Positions 25,149 through 33,628 are shown, numbered from the stretch's first letter. The stretch is DNA of 62,291 bases from a virus (IMGVR_UViG_3300036823_000041:1-62291), one strand, 5' to 3'. Notes: a model not told the origin generated them from the letters alone. A program made the numbers and translations.

Positions 25149-26367
25149 AAAATTCCTCGTCTGCCGGCGCATCGCCGATGTTCCGCGCGGTGAGCCCGGT
25201 CTTGGTCTTGGTGACGGTGCGCAGCATCGGCTCGAGCTCGTGCCGCAGGCTCGCGCGCTTCTGGGTGTCGAGCTTCGACTTGAGCCCGGTCGAGGACAGA
25301 TTGATCGAAGCGGCGAACGCCTGGTCGCCAGTCGCCGTGCACCACTCCTGGATGACCGGCAGGCACTCCTGCGCGGGATAGCTCTTGGATTCGCTGGCCG
25401 ATACGCCGAAGCTCAACTCGGTGCCGTTGTCGTCGGTGACCACAATCGGACCGCCGCGCGCCTGGACTACGTTCTTGAGAAATCCCCTGATAAAATCACG
25501 GCGTTTTTCAAGAAACTGCAGCTCGTGCGTGAGATCCTCGGGCGACTGGTTGTTCGGGTTGACGTTCGCGACCGGGCACTCGCCCATCGAAAGCAGCGGG
25601 CAGTAGTGGCAGCCGGCGTGCGGGATGGCCGCGAGTGCGTCGAGCCCGCCCTCGTCATAGGTGGCGTGCATGCCGATCTGCCGATTGCGATACCGCTGCA
25701 TCTCGTCCATCATCTTCGGCAGCTCGGCGCGCTTCCATGTCACGGACCGCCGGCAATTGCGATACCGCACAAAGGTGAGCTGAAAGGTGACGAGCTCGAG
25801 CCAGGGCATTTTCTGGAACAATAGCACCGGATACATGAGCGACTGCGGCGTGTCGGCCTCGAATGGCACCGGGTGGCTCTTGTAATCGTCGATGAGCGCA
25901 TGCGTCTCCGTGAGCCCGTAGATCACATCGAGCGTGCCGGCGTAGGCCGTCTCGATAGGTTGAGGAAACTGTATTTCGGGGTTGTCGAGATAGATGGCGC
26001 TCAGGCCGCGTGGCAGGCTTGGCTGCTGGAATTGGGCATCGAGCTCGATCGTCTCCTCGGTCGCGAGCAGATGATCGTAGTCGACCGTGAACCAATCGCG
26101 CATCCCGTCGCAGATGCGGCCAGCTTCGATCGACACGCGCTCGGCGATACGGTCGAATGCTGCCCAGTCAGCCGATACCTTGCGCGTGCCGCAGTGCGCG
26201 GCGTAGGCCCGCATGACCTCGTGGACCTCGCCGCCGCGGTAGCTTTGCTCGGATGGCGCCGAGCGGATGCCGTCGATGAACTGCGCTCCGTAGGAATGCG
26301 GGCAAGCCATGGATTCCACAAGACTCTGCCTCGTAGCCGGTACTACTGTGCTTGTTGCTTTTTCCAT
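25141..26367 (-). CDS. PD-(D/E)XK exonuclease, Cas4/AddB-like with probable Fe-S cysteines
   Basis: N-terminal CP, GTLDVIY...IDDYKS, Q...Y motif and C-terminal CHYCP....CP. Confidence 0.85.
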   Translation of the reverse strand: MEKATSTVVPATRQSLVESMACPHSYGAQFIDGIRSAPSEQSYRGGEVHEVMRAYAAHCGTRKVSADWAAFDRIAERVSIEAGRICDGMRDWFTVDYDHLLATEETIELDAQFQQPSLPRGLSAIYLDNPEIQFPQPIETAYAGTLDVIYGLTETHALIDDYKSHPVPFEADTPQSLMYPVLLFQKMPWLELVTFQLTFVRYRNCRRSVTWKRAELPKMMDEMQRYRNRQIGMHATYDEGGLDALAAIPHAGCHYCPLLSMGECPVANVNPNNQSPEDLTHELQFLEKRRDFIRGFLKNVVQARGGPIVVTDDNGTELSFGVSASESKSYPAQECLPVIQEWCTATGDQAFAASINLSSTGLKSKLDTQKRASLRHELEPMLRTVTKTKTGLTARNIGDAPADEEFYG

Positions 26368-26816
26368 CGTCCTCGTCCTTTCTCTAGCATGTCGGCCATG
26401 TTGTCGGCCTGCGTGCCCGCGAAGAGATGCTCTGGCCGGCAGCACGGTGGGTAGTCACAGTGATGGCAAACGTTCGGTTTGCCTTCGGGCAGCGGTCCTT
26501 TAGTCAGCAGATAGGCGATTACGTGCGCAAGCATGGGCCGCCGCTGCTCTGGATGCCATACCTGCCCGTAGTTGTTGGGGTTGCGCGACATCTTCCAGCT
26601 CCAGCATTCGCCCCGCGGCCCTTGGCCTGGCGTCTTGTCGACGAAGAGCCAGAACCGCTCGACGAATGGCAGCAGGAGATGCTTGCGAACCATGTTCGCG
26701 CGGCGCTTCGCCTTGCGCTTGTCAGCGCAGCAGACCTTACAGAAGCGATGCCCGTCTGACTTAACGTAGGCATGCTCCTGCATGGAGTGTCCGCGCTGAC
26801 AGGTATCGCCCATCAA
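26343..26816 (-). CDS. HNH homing-type endonuclease with N-terminal Zn module
   Basis: CQRGH...CKVC; ECWSW...YG...AHVIAY...CHHCDYPPCCRPEHLFAGTQADN. Confidence 0.88.
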   Translation of the reverse strand: MMGDTCQRGHSMQEHAYVKSDGHRFCKVCCADKRKAKRRANMVRKHLLLPFVERFWLFVDKTPGQGPRGECWSWKMSRNPNNYGQVWHPEQRRPMLAHVIAYLLTKGPLPEGKPNVCHHCDYPPCCRPEHLFAGTQADNMADMLEKGRGRWKKQQAQ

Positions 26817-27892
26817 AAATCAAACCCCGCAGTCTTCTTCGCCGGATCAGCCGCCGGCTCGGGCTTCGCTTCCTGTTTTGCTACATCGCTCGCGGGCTCG
26901 GCCTGCGCCTCGGCTGCGGGCTTCGCGGCGGGCTTGGCCTCTTTCTTCGCCGGCGCGGACGTGGACACCCCGGCGCGCTCGGCCTTGTCGATCTCGGTCT
27001 TGAGATACGCCAGGTGCTCGGCTGGCCGGCCCTTGAACGACATCCGGCTCGCCGTCTTCTGGCCCTCGTTCCACTTGAGCTGCGCCATCGCTGCCTCGAT
27101 GTTGGCCGACTCGAGGGAGCCGAATACGTCGTCGATCGACTTCTCGCCCGACATCACTTCTTTTTGCATGACCTTCAGCGCGAGGAATTTGTCGCCGACG
27201 ATGTCCTGCACGCCCTGAACGCTCAGGGTATTGAAAAGCATCTCGCCGGTGATGCCGGCCTGCTTGGCCCACTCGAGCACGGCGGTGCGCTCTTTGACGA
27301 CCGACTCTGCCGAGCCGATGGCGACCTTCTGCGTCTCCATCCAGGTAGCGAACCAGACGCCCTTGCCGATGCCGTTGAGCACCGCGTTGCGAAAGGCAAT
27401 CGACGCCGCGGCGTTCCCGGTGACGCCGATCATGTCCTGGTTGAACCGGCGCCCGTCCGAGCCGGTGATGCGCCGGGCGACCTCGCGGCCATGCCTGTAG
27501 TTAGACTCGCAGTCGAAATAGATGCCCTGCGCCCTCACCCACTCCTGATCTGCGCCGACGACCCGGCACATGCTCATGTTGTTGCCCCATGACGCGGCCA
27601 GGATCTCGGCGAAGCGCGAGCTCGCGCCGGTGATCTGCTTGCCGCCGCGCGGAAGCGAGTACGTCATCTCGAGCGCGATGGCCTGGTTGTAGCAGGTCCG
27701 GCTTTTGAGCGTCGCCATGACCTTATCCATCGACCGCGGGAACTTCCGGGCAAATTCCATCTGCATTTCGAGCTCGCCCTTGTTGAGCCGGACAAGCGCC
27801 TGCGAGTCTTCGATCTCGCGGTCCTCCTGCTCGTCCATGTTGTCAGGTGGAAGTACTTCGGGCTCCGGCTGCGTGCTGCGATGTGATGCCAT
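26813..27892 (-). CDS. putative single-strand annealing recombinase
   Basis: ARKFPRS...YSLPRGGKQITGASSRFAE...WGN...AASIAFRNAVL core with a disordered tail ending in FDF. Lies next to the exonuclease, as in Red-type pairs. Family assignment is inferred. Confidence 0.55.
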   Translation of the reverse strand: MASHRSTQPEPEVLPPDNMDEQEDREIEDSQALVRLNKGELEMQMEFARKFPRSMDKVMATLKSRTCYNQAIALEMTYSLPRGGKQITGASSRFAEILAASWGNNMSMCRVVGADQEWVRAQGIYFDCESNYRHGREVARRITGSDGRRFNQDMIGVTGNAAASIAFRNAVLNGIGKGVWFATWMETQKVAIGSAESVVKERTAVLEWAKQAGITGEMLFNTLSVQGVQDIVGDKFLALKVMQKEVMSGEKSIDDVFGSLESANIEAAMAQLKWNEGQKTASRMSFKGRPAEHLAYLKTEIDKAERAGVSTSAPAKKEAKPAAKPAAEAQAEPASDVAKQEAKPEPAADPAKKTAGFDF

Positions 27893-27896
27893 AGGC

Positions 27897-28250
27897 TTAG
27901 GCCGCCTCCTCGGGCGGAAAGAATGCGTCGATAAAGCAATTGCGGTGGTAGTGGCCGGCGAACGCCATGTCGCGCTGCGGGCGGCGCTCGCGTGGCTTGT
28001 TAAAGAATATGAGCTCGTAAAACTCGCCCGTCTCCGGTCCGGCGCCGACGAACTCGCGGCCGTCTGGATGCCCGTCGTAAACCGGCTCGTTGCATGCCTC
28101 GCAGATGGGCAGGCAGCTCAAGTGGTGGATCTGGCGGTCGACGCTCTCGTGATCCTCGGTGATGTCGACGGCATAGCCGCAGCCGCCGCAATTGTCGATG
28201 ATCGCAGTCTGATAAAAGTCGTGCGGATTGCCCTGGTGAGTCTTCAGCAT
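27897..28250 (-). CDS. Cys/His-rich Zn-finger protein
   Basis: CGGC, HxxC, CEAC and HxxC motifs; GGAGGCAC SD. Confidence 0.65.
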   Translation of the reverse strand: MLKTHQGNPHDFYQTAIIDNCGGCGYAVDITEDHESVDRQIHHLSCLPICEACNEPVYDGHPDGREFVGAGPETGEFYELIFFNKPRERRPQRDMAFAGHYHRNCFIDAFFPPEEAA

Positions 28251-28279
28251 GACGTGCCTCCTAAGCGGTCACATGAAGC

Positions 28280-28296
28280 GTACACGGATAGTGTAC
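28280..28296. promoter_or_regulatory. operator GTACAC-N5-GTGTAC
   Basis: GTACACGGATAGTGTAC, intergenic, directly downstream of the RHH gene. Confidence 0.7.
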
Positions 28297-28300
28297 AGCT

Positions 28301-28495
28301 CTACAGTTCGATTTTTGGAACTATATCGTTCTCGAATTTGGCCTCGACGAGATCGCGCAGAAACTGGCGGCTGCCGACTCTGTTCTTGGTGGCCTGGCGC
28401 TCCAATCCTTTGAGTGCGGCCGTCGATACCCGGAAGGTAAAGGGGACGCGGCCAGTAGGCTTTTTCTTCGGTGCTGGCTTTACGACTGATGGCAT
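28301..28495 (-). CDS. Arc/Mnt-like ribbon-helix-helix repressor, 64 aa
   Basis: AGGAGGAG SD before ATG 28495. PFTFRV strand followed by two helices (AALKGLERQATKN, SRQFLRDLVEAKF). Confidence 0.75.
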   Translation of the reverse strand: MPSVVKPAPKKKPTGRVPFTFRVSTAALKGLERQATKNRVGSRQFLRDLVEAKFENDIVPKIEL

Positions 28496-28518
28496 GGGTG
28501 ACTCCTCCTGTGTTGTTT

Positions 28519-28535
28519 GTACACTAGCCGTGTTC
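28519..28535. promoter_or_regulatory. operator-like site upstream of the RHH gene
   Basis: GTACACTAGCCGTGTTC, one mismatch to the palindrome. Confidence 0.6.
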
Positions 28536-28838
28536 TTACGGGTGGACGCCGTTCTTGATCGCCCAGATGACGTAGAGCACAATGCCGACCGCGAGCAGGA
28601 TGATGGTCGCATTGAGCATCTGGGTGGGGGTCGACGCGGTGAATTGCTCGCCCTCGCGCCGGTTGGCCTCGTCGCAGGCGATGCAGATGCACCGGCCCGT
28701 CTCGTCGCATTGCGAGCCGGGGACCATGCAGGCGCCGCAGGTATCGGCCTGGCATTGCAGGCAGATGTAGCCGTGATAGTACTCGGGACCGCGCTTGCCG
28801 CAGAGGTCGCAGACTTGGGCGAATTGAACGTATGTCAT
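28536..28838 (-). CDS. Cys-rich protein with C-terminal transmembrane helix
   Basis: Several CxxC pairs, then IILLAVGIVLYVIWAI. Confidence 0.6.
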   Translation of the reverse strand: MTYVQFAQVCDLCGKRGPEYYHGYICLQCQADTCGACMVPGSQCDETGRCICIACDEANRREGEQFTASTPTQMLNATIILLAVGIVLYVIWAIKNGVHP

Positions 28839-28957
28839 CGGGGGGATCTCCGTTGCTGCGCGAGCTTCGCCTTCGCTTTCGCGATCTTCAGCCGGCAGCG
28901 CATGCACCGCTTGAATTGCGGGTTGGGGTTGGGCAGGTGGCAACGATTGCAGATCAT
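28835..28957 (-). CDS. small basic Zn-ribbon protein, 40 aa
   Basis: MICNRC...CMRC, with ATGA-type overlaps on both sides. Confidence 0.5.
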   Translation of the reverse strand: MICNRCHLPNPNPQFKRCMRCRLKIAKAKAKLAQQRRSPR

Positions 28958-29214
28958 GGGCGCCAGGCCTCCGCGGCCTGCTTGGCGTCCGCGATGTGCC
29001 GGAAGCCGCGCCCGTTCTTGTCGAGGATGCGATCGCCGGCGGGCGTCACGATGTATAGCGGGAAGTTGGCCGTCGGATGGCCGCAGTGGTGGATCTCGCA
29101 GCCGTTCTCGTGCAACCACCAGGTGCCGAGCTTGCCGAGCTCGGACCCGAATCGCTGCCAGGGATCGACGGGCGCGGGCTTTAGCTCGAGCTCGAGGAGC
29201 GTGAGCTGCGTCAT
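28954..29214 (-). CDS. hypothetical protein
   Basis: 86 aa, coupled to neighbours, HCGHPTANFP motif. Confidence 0.6.
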   Translation of the reverse strand: MTQLTLLELELKPAPVDPWQRFGSELGKLGTWWLHENGCEIHHCGHPTANFPLYIVTPAGDRILDKNGRGFRHIADAKQAAEAWRP

Positions 29215-29363
29215 TATTTACCCCCGTTCAAGTAGTGGACGCGGGCCGCAGCTTCCGCATCTGTGCGGTGGTCGCTCTCGGGGTGCCATTCGCCGTCGGG
29301 CGAGTAAAACCCGACGACGTAGCAGCCGCCGGTACTTGAGTAAAAGTACAGCCAGCAGCTCAT
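29214..29363 (-). CDS. small phage protein, 49 aa (VGFYSPDGEWHPESDH...AAARVHYLNGG)
   Basis: Read from the sequence (below the ORF-track cutoff). Overlapping start/stop with both neighbours. Confidence 0.7.
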   Translation of the reverse strand: MSCWLYFYSSTGGCYVVGFYSPDGEWHPESDHRTDAEAAARVHYLNGGK

Positions 29364-29602
29364 ATCGAGAGCCTCCCGGTGCAGTTATCGCTAATGGCGC
29401 ACATTTTGTCGGCTGCGGCGCGTGCGTCGATCTGCTCGCGCAGCGGGCCGTGCTTCTCGCAGCTCAGGCCGTTGACGCCGGCGCATAGATACCGGCAGCA
29501 GAGGGCGCCCTGGCCGACCAGGCAAACCATCTTTGCCCAGTCGCCATCGGGCGGCGTGTGGCGATCGCCGACAATCTCGGCGACGATAAACGGGCGCTTC
29601 AC
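29360..29602 (-). CDS. small Cys-rich hypothetical protein
   Basis: GTG start overlaps the upstream stop. VCLVGQGALCCRYL motif. Confidence 0.55.
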   Translation of the reverse strand: MKRPFIVAEIVGDRHTPPDGDWAKMVCLVGQGALCCRYLCAGVNGLSCEKHGPLREQIDARAAADKMCAISDNCTGRLSI

Positions 29603-29892
29603 ACACGCCTCGGCGCGTCGTGCTCGTCGCGCGGCTGCCCGACGACGGTTGCGGCTACAGTCCTCGATGGCACCGCGCGGTAGAACGTCTCGCACTGCAG
29701 TGGCCCGATAAAGGCGAGCGCCTCGCGCAGATCCTTCGCGCTCAGTGCGGCCAGATCATGTTCGTCTGGCAACTTTGGCCCGATGCGCTCGAGAATCTCT
29801 GCGGCGATGCGGATAGATGCGCGGAGGGAGCCGAGCTTGCCGGCATTCTCCCACCCTTCAATGATGTACCCGTTGTGGCTGGTCACGTCCAT
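29599..29892 (-). CDS. hypothetical protein, first gene of the leftward arm
   Basis: 97 aa, GGAGGCA SD. Confidence 0.6.
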   Translation of the reverse strand: MDVTSHNGYIIEGWENAGKLGSLRASIRIAAEILERIGPKLPDEHDLAALSAKDLREALAFIGPLQCETFYRAVPSRTVAATVVGQPRDEHDAPRRV

Positions 29893-29910
29893 GTAATGCC
29901 TCCGTATTCC

Positions 29911-29982
29911 GTTTTAGTACACGGACCGTGTACGGCGCAAGTAGAAAGCGCGTTGCGCCGTTACCGTACACCGCTGTACACT
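29911..29982. promoter_or_regulatory. divergent promoter region with operator GTACACGGACCGTGTAC (29917-29933)
   Basis: Perfect 8-1-8 palindrome inside a leftward TTGCGC-N18-TAAAAC promoter-like spacer. The rightward TTGCGC-N18-TACACT (29953-29982) carries two more GTACAC half-sites. Confidence 0.7.
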
Positions 29983-30059
29983 GGCCGGCGTGCGGGCGGA
30001 TGGGGCGCCGAAGTCAAAGAGCGGCGCCTTCGCAGATTCATCTGCCCGCGCTGCGATTC

Positions 30060-30443
30060 ATGTCTCTTGAGCTCGCCCATCTCGTGCTCGAGCGGTGCCC
30101 GCTCCGCGGCCAGCTCTTTCGCGCCCTGCTAATCCTGGCGCTCGACGCCGACGACGACGACCTGGTCATCACATCGCATCTGCGCCTGGCGCGGTGGGGA
30201 CGTTTCACGGTAGCGCGCGCCCAGGAGATGCTCGAGCGGCTGCGCGCCGAGGGATGGATTGCGATGCCGCGGAGAGGGCGGCGCCGCCTCAACCGCCGCC
30301 GGCTGCTGCAATGCGCTGTCCTGCCTGGCAAACCCCCGCAAAAGCCGGCTGGAGTGCGTAGGACGGCGCTCGAGCTCCGCGTACAGCATCGCGCACGCCA
30401 GATGGCCGAGGATCTGCGGCAAATCCACTTTCCCGCAAAATAA
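30060..30443 (+). CDS. winged helix-turn-helix protein
   Basis: FRALLILALDADDD...SHLRLARWGRFTVARAQEMLERLRAEGWI pattern. Confidence 0.6.
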   Translation: MSLELAHLVLERCPLRGQLFRALLILALDADDDDLVITSHLRLARWGRFTVARAQEMLERLRAEGWIAMPRRGRRRLNRRRLLQCAVLPGKPPQKPAGVRRTALELRVQHRARQMAEDLRQIHFPAK

Positions 30444-30456
30444 TGCACATTTGCAC

Positions 30457-30485
30457 TTGAGCGGTTACGTTCGCTGGATTACATT
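30457..30485 (+). promoter_or_regulatory. sigma70-like promoter for the replication operon
   Basis: TTGAGC-N17-TACATT in an intergenic stretch. Confidence 0.45.
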
Positions 30486-30529
30486 CGTGTCTGCCTTCTT
30501 GGGCGGCCTGCGGACTGATCCCCGCCGGT

Positions 30530-30674
30530 TTCGAGAGCTGGCCGCGGGTTCATCAGCCCCGCGGCCAGCTGCTTCGAATAGCTGATGAAACGCTGTAAAA
30601 ACGCTCTCAGAAAGCTGATGCACCCCTATGCCGTGGTATTTCCCTCGCCCGTGCGGCTGCCTAGCGCACACGGG
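30530..30674 (+). other. structured leader RNA candidate
   Basis: Perfect 13-bp stem 30536-30548/30558-30570 whose 9-nt loop is complementary to 30581-30589. Second hairpin at 30648-30674. Confidence 0.45.
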
Positions 30675-30770
30675 ACCATTCTGCCTATCGTGGCGTGAGC
30701 GCCGCATCCTTCAGCCTGGCGAGTGCTGCCCCTGCCGGTGCCACCCGCAACTGCTTGAGCGGAAGGTCGC

Positions 30771-31178
30771 ATGAGCCTCACCGTGAGCCCCGCCCAACGC
30801 CGGCAGGACCGCCGCGACCTCGCGAAGTTGCGGAATATGGCCTGGAACCGTGTCACATGCTGGTACTGCGGGTGCCTGCTCGATCGCGAGAACCGCAGCC
30901 GGGACCACGTCCAGCCGGCCTGCAAAGGTGGGTCCAACTCGCCCGACAACATCGTCGAGTGCTGCCAGCCATGCAACGGGCGGAAGCGCAGCCTCACGCT
31001 CGAGGAGTACCGCGCCAGGTGCTACGTTCGCACGCCGGCACGCCGCAGCGCCCGAGCCCTGCGTGAGCTTCTGGACTCGGGAGAGCTTCACGAGCGCCAC
31101 GTCGCGGCCGTGCGGGCTCTGCTCGTGGTCCTCGACGACGACAGCCCTTACCTCTTCGCCGGGGAGCTTGGCCTATGA
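30771..31178 (+). CDS. HNH endonuclease
   Basis: CWYCG...SRDHVQPACKGGSN...NIVECCQPCNGRK. Confidence 0.88.
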   Translation: MSLTVSPAQRRQDRRDLAKLRNMAWNRVTCWYCGCLLDRENRSRDHVQPACKGGSNSPDNIVECCQPCNGRKRSLTLEEYRARCYVRTPARRSARALRELLDSGELHERHVAAVRALLVVLDDDSPYLFAGELGL

Positions 31179-31420
31179 GCGAGACGCGGAAAGAAGCCGC
31201 GGTAAAAGCCGCGCTGATGTCGGTCGCTGGCGCGGCAGATGTGGCCTTGCGGCTTTCCAAACGACTCCAGCTTTGCTGCGAGTATGGCGCTCAGGACGCC
31301 CAGATCGCCGATTATGACGACGCCCACGTCGAGGAGGAACTCCTGCTCATCCGGGCCTATTTGCGCCAGGCGCGCGATTTTGAGCGGCTCGCATACCTCG
31401 AGAAATTGGGGGAGCGGTGA
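31175..31420 (+). CDS. hypothetical protein
   Basis: 81 aa, coupled overlaps with both neighbours. Confidence 0.6.
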   Translation: MSETRKEAAVKAALMSVAGAADVALRLSKRLQLCCEYGAQDAQIADYDDAHVEEELLLIRAYLRQARDFERLAYLEKLGER

Positions 31421-32682
31421 GGGTCGCCAAGCGCCTGCGCGACATCCTGGCCCTTGACCTGGACCCTGTCCAGAGGTTTATCCTCATCGTCTTGGTCAAC
31501 GCCGGAGCAGCCGACTCGCCAGTCGAGTGCTCCCAGGGTGACCTCGTAGAACTCAAAATCGCCTCTGAGCGGCATCTGCGCCGGGCATTAACAGCACTGC
31601 AAGAGCAGGGGTACCTGGTGAGAAGTTACCCCGGCGGCAACGGAACGCGCGCTTTTTTGCAGGTCAATCTGAGCAGGTTCACCCCGGTCGCCATGTCCGG
31701 GGTTCAAGAGCCCGAAGATGGCCCTGAGAATCGCCTTCCGACCCCGGACACCATGTCCTCCCCGGACATAGCTGACACCACCCCGGACACCATGTCCCCG
31801 GTCGCCATGTCCACCCCGGACACCATGTCCCCGGTCGCCCTCGCGCAGTCTCTTAACTCTAGTGTTGTTAAAACACACAAAAATAGTGAGTTATATGTAG
31901 ATCCTCTGCAACAACAACACCTAAGGATCTCTGATAAAACTAACAGCGCACACGTAGAAAAATCGCCAAGGCGCAGCTCGCAGCAGGCCGATTCTGGCCT
32001 CTTTCCCAACCCAAAATCTGACGCAGAAATCGCACGCGAAATCAACGCGGAATTTGTTCGCAAATATCCACGCCGCGATGATCGAAAACCAGGCTTCGAA
32101 ATGGCCGTCCTCTGGGCGCATGTCGTCGAGCTTCAAAAAGCAAACGGCCAGACAATCGAGAGCGCAGCCCGGTATCTCATGGCTCGGCTCGAGCTGCACA
32201 TGGAAGCATGGGCGACCCGGCCCGACTCCGAAAACCAGTACATCCCGAGCATTCGCACCTTCCTCGAGCTGCGTCCCGCCGATCACAAGCAAGGCCCAGG
32301 ACGCCGCTACGAAGACCCACCAGCGTTTACGCCCACAGGAGGCACCAGCAATGGCAACAGTGCAGCAACTCAAGCCGCAGAATCAGGCCGAGGACGCCGT
32401 ACAAGGCGTTTTGGCACACCAGCAGACCCTGCAGAGCTACAGGCAGCTCTCGATGCACTCAACAACCAGGCAGAGCCGACTGAATGGAATCAACAGGATG
32501 TACCAGCGACTAGCCCGATTCTTCCAGGTGGAACCAGACCCGCTTCACATGGTGGCGTACCCGACGGCGCTCGAGAGCCTGCCGGACGACCTGCTGGTCC
32601 TGGCGTTCGAGAGAGCCGAGGAGCAAATAACCGCGTTCTGCCCTTTACCGGGAAAGCTGCGGGAGCTGGTCGCCTCCGATAA
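31417..32682 (+). CDS. replication initiator (lambda O-like organisation)
   Basis: N-terminal wHTH (SQGDLVELKIASERHLRRALTALQEQGYL), internal iterons plus AT-rich tract, and a KYPRR...QYIPSIRTFL C-terminal motif. Confidence 0.75.
   Translation: MRVAKRLRDILALDLDPVQRFILIVLVNAGAADSPVECSQGDLVELKIASERHLRRALTALQEQGYLVRSYPGGNGTRAFLQVNLSRFTPVAMSGVQEPEDGPENRLPTPDTMSSPDIADTTPDTMSPVAMSTPDTMSPVALAQSLNSSVVKTHKNSELYVDPLQQQHLRISDKTNSAHVEKSPRRSSQQADSGLFPNPKSDAEIAREINAEFVRKYPRRDDRKPGFEMAVLWAHVVELQKANGQTIESAARYLMARLELHMEAWATRPDSENQYIPSIRTFLELRPADHKQGPGRRYEDPPAFTPTGGTSNGNSAATQAAESGRGRRTRRFGTPADPAELQAALDALNNQAEPTEWNQQDVPATSPILPGGTRPASHGGVPDGAREPAGRPAGPGVRESRGANNRVLPFTGKAAGAGRLR
31681..31960. repeat. iteron array plus AT-rich tract (putative replication origin)
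   Basis: ACCCCGGACACCATGTCC at 31741, 31780 and 31813. CCCCGGTCGCCATGTCC at 31682 and 31796. AT-rich from about 31851 to 31960. Confidence 0.8.
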
Positions 32683-33025
32683 CGCAGCCCAGATCGAGGA
32701 GCTCTGGCGCCACGAGTGGATGCAACTACTGCCGGCGATCAAGGCGCATGGCCGTGTGTGGCGCGATAAGAGCCGTTTAGACCTGTCGAACCCCCGGCAG
32801 CCCAAGAACATCCCCATCAAGCCGCCAAGCCTCACCCAGGCCATGCAGCGGGCCATCCAGGTGCTCGGCGGGACCAACGATTGGCGCGACGGCATCCAGC
32901 ACATCCAATTCCACCCGTTTTTCTACGGCACCGAGCCGGGCGACTTTCCTGGCCCGGATAGCCCGCGGCTGGCAGCAGACCGCATCGAGAAGAAGGTCCG
33001 CGATCTTTGGGAGGTCTACAGGTGA
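32351..33025 (+). CDS. putative helicase loader / replication accessory protein
   Basis: GGAGGCACC SD. ALESLPDDLLVLAFERA...FCPLPGKLRE motif. Follows and overlaps the initiator. Confidence 0.6.
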   Translation: MATVQQLKPQNQAEDAVQGVLAHQQTLQSYRQLSMHSTTRQSRLNGINRMYQRLARFFQVEPDPLHMVAYPTALESLPDDLLVLAFERAEEQITAFCPLPGKLRELVASDNAAQIEELWRHEWMQLLPAIKAHGRVWRDKSRLDLSNPRQPKNIPIKPPSLTQAMQRAIQVLGGTNDWRDGIQHIQFHPFFYGTEPGDFPGPDSPRLAADRIEKKVRDLWEVYR

Positions 33026-33201
33026 GCCCAGACAAAGCCGCATACGCCGCAGCAGACGAGATCATCGCAGACATGGCCGGACGCATCGGGCTCGGCTCGA
33101 CCTGGTCAGAATGCCCGCTGATGGCGCGGGCGAAGATCCGCGCAGCATGGGCGGCGATCATCCTCAAGGCGCTGTACGAGGAAGCGGAGAATAACCGATG
33201 A
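33022..33201 (+). CDS. hypothetical protein
   Basis: GGAGG SD, GTG start, coupled overlaps. Confidence 0.55.
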   Translation: MSPDKAAYAAADEIIADMAGRIGLGSTWSECPLMARAKIRAAWAAIILKALYEEAENNR

Positions 33202-33434
33202 GAGAATCCTCACTCCACGCAGCCGCGGTCGATGCCTACATCGCCGGGCTCACCTTAGAGCAGGCAACCGTGCTATTCCAGGCCGAGCTCATCCGCGTGA
33301 CCATGACGCGCAACAACGGCCGGCGCGAGGTCGCGGCTAGGCGCCTCGACGTGCACCGCAATACGCTACTCCGGCACGCGATTAAAAACGGGCTTTATGT
33401 GCACCCGCGGCGGAAAGCAGAGGCGCAGCCATGA
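33198..33434 (+). CDS. Fis-family helix-turn-helix protein
   Basis: FQAELIRVTMTRNNGRREVAARRLDVHRNTLLR matches the Fis/NtrC C-terminal HTH pattern. Confidence 0.8.
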   Translation: MRESSLHAAAVDAYIAGLTLEQATVLFQAELIRVTMTRNNGRREVAARRLDVHRNTLLRHAIKNGLYVHPRRKAEAQP

Positions 33435-33628
33435 GCGCCGAGCCGCTGAAAGTCGCGCGCGTCTGCCCTGGGTGCCATCGCCGTTCGATCGCGCCAGCGT
33501 TCGACGTGTTCTCGCTTCGTTTCCAGCGCACCATCTACGAGTGGAGATGTCGCCACTGCAACTTGAAACGCCCGATACGTCTCACCCGCAACGAAATTGC
33601 GGCGCGTCCGACCCCGAAGCTGTACTAA
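33431..33628 (+). CDS. Zn-ribbon protein
   Basis: CPGC...CRHC. Confidence 0.6.
   Translation: MSAEPLKVARVCPGCHRRSIAPAFDVFSLRFQRTIYEWRCRHCNLKRPIRLTRNEIAARPTPKLY

Noticed and set aside
25141-26367. cas4 as evidence of a CRISPR-Cas system
   Set aside because: It is a solo Cas4-like nuclease in a recombination operon, with no cas1/cas2 or array.
27705-29204. 499-aa plus-strand ORF
   Set aside because: Antisense to a run of coupled, SD-led minus-strand genes; no recognisable domain.
30520-30615. Hammerhead ribozyme suggested by CTGATGA...GAAA on both strands
   Set aside because: The sequence between CTGATGA and GAAA does not form a stem II, and I could not build stems I and III.
31681-31838. 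CRISPR-like array
   Set aside because: Repeats are 17-18 bp, abut or overlap without unique spacers, lie in frame within a gene, and no cas operon is present. Iterons fit better.
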